A stretch of DNA of 64,000 nucleotides from a virus. Taxonomy: Duplodnaviria > Caudoviricetes. Below the pieces are notes generated by a model. It was not told the origin of the DNA, did no database searches, and saw nothing but the letters and a program-made list of their open reading frames with translations. A program made the position numbers and the translations under genes. The stretch spans positions 18,593 through 82,592 of IMG/VR virus record IMGVR_UViG_3300031760_000029; one strand, 5' to 3'. Positions 62,501 through 64,000 of this stretch are shown here, one piece after another (position 1 is the first letter of the stretch; each line of letters starts with the position of its first letter).

Positions 62501-62741
62501 GGTTTCACTGTATCAGCTGAAGACTGGCAAGACGGAGAAGTATAAAGTTCGCAAGGCTTACTTCGAAAAGAATCCTCTTGAGGAAGGTCAGATAATAAAC
62601 GTGATAGAAATTACAGAAGATTATAAATGGCGTTGCATAAACAGCGCTACGACGGGCAAAAAAGAGTTCGAAAGAACCGATGAAAGAGAGTTTTTATTGA
62701 CACGCTACAAAATTTTGAAAAAATCAAAAAAAAGGTGTTGA
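59544..62741 (+). CDS. dnaE: DNA polymerase III alpha subunit (DnaE)
   Basis: PHP domain (YHLHS, FTEHG, GVECY, ATDTH), RGSVAGS, catalytic DIDTD, HPAG, YDILGL, YQE and FGRNHSIAY. No intein seen. Confidence 0.95.
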   Translation: MIMQNNYVTYHLHSSNSLLDSCTSYQEYIDYAASIGQKAICFTEHGNLYQWFGKKLYAESKGLKYLHGVECYLTERFKNPDDKDDKNIRDNYHTILIARDWDGFVELNNLVYKSSRPDHMYYKWRLSFDEFLEISDHIIKISACVQSPLNRYRQNVKARGITDADKKMMTRLLQHYDYYEIQYHNMQDQIEFNQYLYRMSQKFHKPLIAATDTHSLNKYKAECRTMLQYGKTDGAWGDDENECDLTYKTYDELVAAFEEQNSLPMDVVLEAIENTNRMADSVEEIKIDTHNKYPILYGERDEEVLWDIIKKNYKEKRKAGIISDDKQYIENIKEEMRVFKKIDMIGFMLFMSEIMTWARENHIATGFARGSVAGSTVAYMANITDVDPIKWHTIFSRFANENRVEAGDIDTDWYEDDRQKVYDYIINRFGSDKTAYILAMGTLADKSVIDVIGKAFRVKAERTNTTTEYTLEKIKDIKKEYEEDPDKAKHDYPDLFYYYDGLLDCIVSQSQHPAGLIVSSVNLVDNCSGFYGSDGQVILPLDMDQCHDMGQIKYDILGLKSVGVIDKVYKMLGKNFPRADEVDWDDQEVYDDIANDHTAIFQFESDYSGDCLKKMHPTSVDELSLVNACIRPSGETYRDDLLSRRVHKNPSEIIDNMLKTNLGFLVYQEDTIAFLQQICGFSGSEADTVRRAIGKKKEEEVNAALPKILDGYCAKSDKPRKEAEEEAKEFLDVIASSSAYQFGRNHSIAYSMLSYMMGYLKYHYPVQFCTAFLNCAKNDDDIQNGTKIAQSKGIAIEGIRFGFSRGEYSCDPDNKIIYKGIASIKYMSNQLAEELYSLRNYKYETFTDLLYDITDKTSCDSRQLDILVKLNFFEEFGDINDLLAQIENYRKLRDKKTLKVSDLDTFSLDLTRVKPFAEKITEKQIKISDMRPLITDMNARENRHETSLIDRIRYENELLGYISLTLPDIAEHYYYITKITGNASRMVSLYQLKTGKTEKYKVRKAYFEKNPLEEGQIINVIEITEDYKWRCINSATTGKKEFERTDEREFLLTRYKILKKSKKRC

Positions 62742-62766
62742 CAAAGACTAAAATTAAACGTATACT
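62738..62766 (+). promoter_or_regulatory. consensus sigmaA promoter of the RNA array, with a CTAAAATTAAACG box in the spacer
   Basis: TTGACA-17 bp-TATACT. Confidence 0.85.
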
Positions 62767-62786
62767 GATACCATAATTAAATATGT

Positions 62787-62885
62787 GCGCGGGATGTAAC
62801 TATTAACTTAACCAACATGAAGCGGCCACGGATATGGCGTCCTCTAGGTGAGAAAATAATGACAGACCTCTAACTATCCCCGCGC
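62787..62885 (+). ncRNA. candidate small structured RNA (about 100 nt)
   Basis: Terminal helix gcgcgggat/atc(c)ccgcgc; internal gcca/tggc hairpin; first element after the promoter. Confidence 0.4.
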
Positions 62886-62888
62886 CGA

Positions 62889-62959
62889 AGCCCTTTAGCA
62901 TAACAGTAGTGCAACGGCCTTTGACGCCGTTTGAGGTGGGGCGGCACCACCAAGGGCTG
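62889..62959 (+). tRNA. tRNA-Gln(UUG) with non-canonical T-loop
   Basis: agccctt/aagggct acceptor; gcat/gtgc D-stem; acggc-CT TTG AC-gccgt; ggtgg-GGCGGCA-ccacc; no encoded CCA. Confidence 0.8.
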
Positions 62960-63032
62960 TGCCTAGAAAGGTTTTTATAGCCTTTTGGGGCTGAATAGTA
63001 GCATCGCGAGCGTGGCGCGTCCTGCGCCACGT

Positions 63033-63150
63033 GCGTGGTAGTACAAAGGAAGTACACGGCGAATTATTATTGGTATTGATGGGAATTCAAGTGTTATTTG
63101 GTACTGTAGGTAAAAAGCCGTAATCTCCAGTTCAAGTCTGGAGCCACGCA
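63033..63150 (+). ncRNA. tRNA-like RNA 1 (6-bp acceptor, 6-bp T-stem, 56-nt region in place of the anticodon loop)
   Basis: gcgtgg/ccacgc; TA; gtac/gtac; acggc...gccgt; ctccag-TTCAAGT-ctggag; A73. Confidence 0.7.
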
Positions 63151-63308
63151 TGATTTTCATATCTGGAGCTCGTAACAGAAACAACATCGTCACCTGCAAG
63201 AGCGACGTATCCCATAGGTGAAAGACTTAAGTCAGTTGGTGGGATGCCTCCTTTCTGCTACTATGATGTCAATTATGCGTCAAAAATAGCAGAAATTGAT
63301 ATAAATAC

Positions 63309-63438
63309 GGATGGTAGTGTATAGGTAGCACGCAGCAGTTTTGGAATCTATCTCGACTATGGGGAAGATCTTTGTTGGATATTTGATACTATCTTGGAAC
63401 TGCTGCTGAAAACTGAGGTTCGAATCCTCAGCCATCCA
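63309..63438 (+). ncRNA. tRNA-like RNA 2 (6/6 fold, extended anticodon arm, 65 nt between the 5-bp stem halves)
   Basis: ggatgg/ccatcc; TA; gtgt/gcac; gcagcagtt...aactgctgc; ctgagg-TTCGAAT-cctcag; A73. Confidence 0.7.
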
Positions 63439-63441
63439 TTT

Positions 63442-63515
63442 CGAAAAGTAGCACAGTTGGTGAGTGCACGCGCCTTATAAGCGCGGGGTCGTAGGTTCGA
63501 GTCCTACCTTTTCGA
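63442..63515 (+). tRNA. tRNA-Ile(UAU)
   Basis: cgaaaag/cttttcg; gcac/gtgc; cgcgc-CT TAT AA-gcgcg; gtagg-TTCGAGT-cctac; A73. Confidence 0.88.
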
Positions 63516-63650
63516 TGTGTGGGAGATTTGATAACAAATACATCGACTCCCTGTGGATAAGACCAAGTATGTTGATGGCGCATAAATACAGAAAACGGTC
63601 TCCACTAACAAATTGATGGATGTGTCGTTTGGGTCACGTAAACCCAACAT

Positions 63651-63791
63651 GGATGGTGGCGGAAAGGGTAACGCGCAACTGTTAGGATACTTTTCCAGAC
63701 GTGCTAGCGGCAAACAGTTCTGTTGGCGTTCTGTTAATGACTTGGCCGATCATTAATAGAACCATGTAAGGTTCGAATCCTTACCCATCCA
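63651..63791 (+). ncRNA. tRNA-like RNA 3 (6/6 fold, Leu-like D-arm, enlarged anticodon arm, 13-bp extra arm)
   Basis: ggatgg/ccatcc; TG; gcg/cgc; aactgtt-29 nt-aacagtt; gttctgttaatga/tcattaatagaac; gtaagg-TTCGAAT-ccttac; A73. Confidence 0.65.
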
Positions 63792-64000
63792 CACTCCTAA
63801 GAGCACATGTATCCTAGGAACGGCAGCGTTTGAAATAGCGTATGTCGGAGTGCTCGGGCGTGAGCTGAACCACGGATGTCGGCCTCTTCTTCGCCTAGAA
63901 GAGTGAGCAGTTGGTGAGTCGACCGCTAACTGATGGCGAGACAATGCACTGACAGGTGCGGTTTCCACGTTAGTTTAGAATCTCCTACGACTAGATGTAG
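63792..64000 (+). ncRNA. start of a further structured RNA, possibly running off the window edge
   Basis: cactcc/ggagtg or gagcac/gtgctc helices; ctcttct/agaagag; cagtt/aactg; gcac/gtgc; no ORF. Confidence 0.4.

Noticed and set aside
59544-62741. Inteins or introns in DnaE, DnaB or primase; stop-codon reassignment
   Set aside because: The ORFs are continuous and of normal length, I saw no intein motifs, and genes end normally at TAA, TAG or TGA. No CUA or UCA suppressor tRNA was found.
62787-62885. Bacterial Y RNA or SRP RNA
   Set aside because: It has a bulged-C helix but lacks the Ro60-binding consensus and the SRP GGAA-loop motif; I also recognised no Ro60 gene.
63552-63560. Single DnaA box in the RNA array
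   Set aside because: It is isolated, has no AT-rich unwinding region, and falls inside a predicted RNA structure; probably chance.
63033-63791. tmRNA, tRNA-Sec, or group I intron-containing tRNAs
   Set aside because: No G3-U70 pair or tag ORF and no UCA anticodon; the inserts (29-65 nt) are far too short for group I introns.

Overview
This is a 64-kb piece of a large SPbeta-like temperate phage or prophage. The host is probably a Clostridia-like Bacillota, inferred from strong GGAGG ribosome-binding sites (RBS), sigmaA promoters and a DnaE/DnaB-type replisome. From left to right: (1) 1-4087, minus strand: the N-terminal part of a YonO-like RNA polymerase, an antirepressor-like gene, small ORFs and a wHTH protein. 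(2) 4090-4800: a strand-switch region with two perfect DnaA boxes, an AT-rich tract, direct repeats and inverted repeats, a candidate origin. (3) 4879-20577: an early or accessory region with a sigma-like HTH protein, a candidate structured ncRNA, and PC4-like, PNK, PcfJ, DUF5688, DUF932 and DUF262 genes. (4) 21021-26330: an array of tiny ORFs whose junctions carry a palindromic T(A/G)AAA-N6-TTTNA site, possibly integron-like cassettes. (5) 28201-32576: an orphan HicA, an intact tyrosine recombinase, a DGQHR/DndB-like protein and an MrpR/YopR-like repressor. (6) 33127-47655: a replication module (SSB-like, AAA_24, RNA ligase, loader, DnaB, IscS, primase, Cas4-like nuclease). (7) 54485-57120: a three-gene module of an unknown protein, a vWA protein and a divergent adenylosuccinate-synthetase-like enzyme. 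(8) 59544-62741: DnaE. (9) 62738-64000: an RNA array with tRNA-Gln(UUG), tRNA-Ile(UAU), three tRNA-like RNAs with a 6+6 bp acceptor/T-stem and large inserts in place of the anticodon loop, and other structured RNAs. The strongest novelty candidates are the junction-site cassette array with its recombinase, the 6/6 tRNA-like RNAs, and the vWA/PurA-like module. All protein-family calls come from motif recognition by eye; no database searches or folding programs were run.
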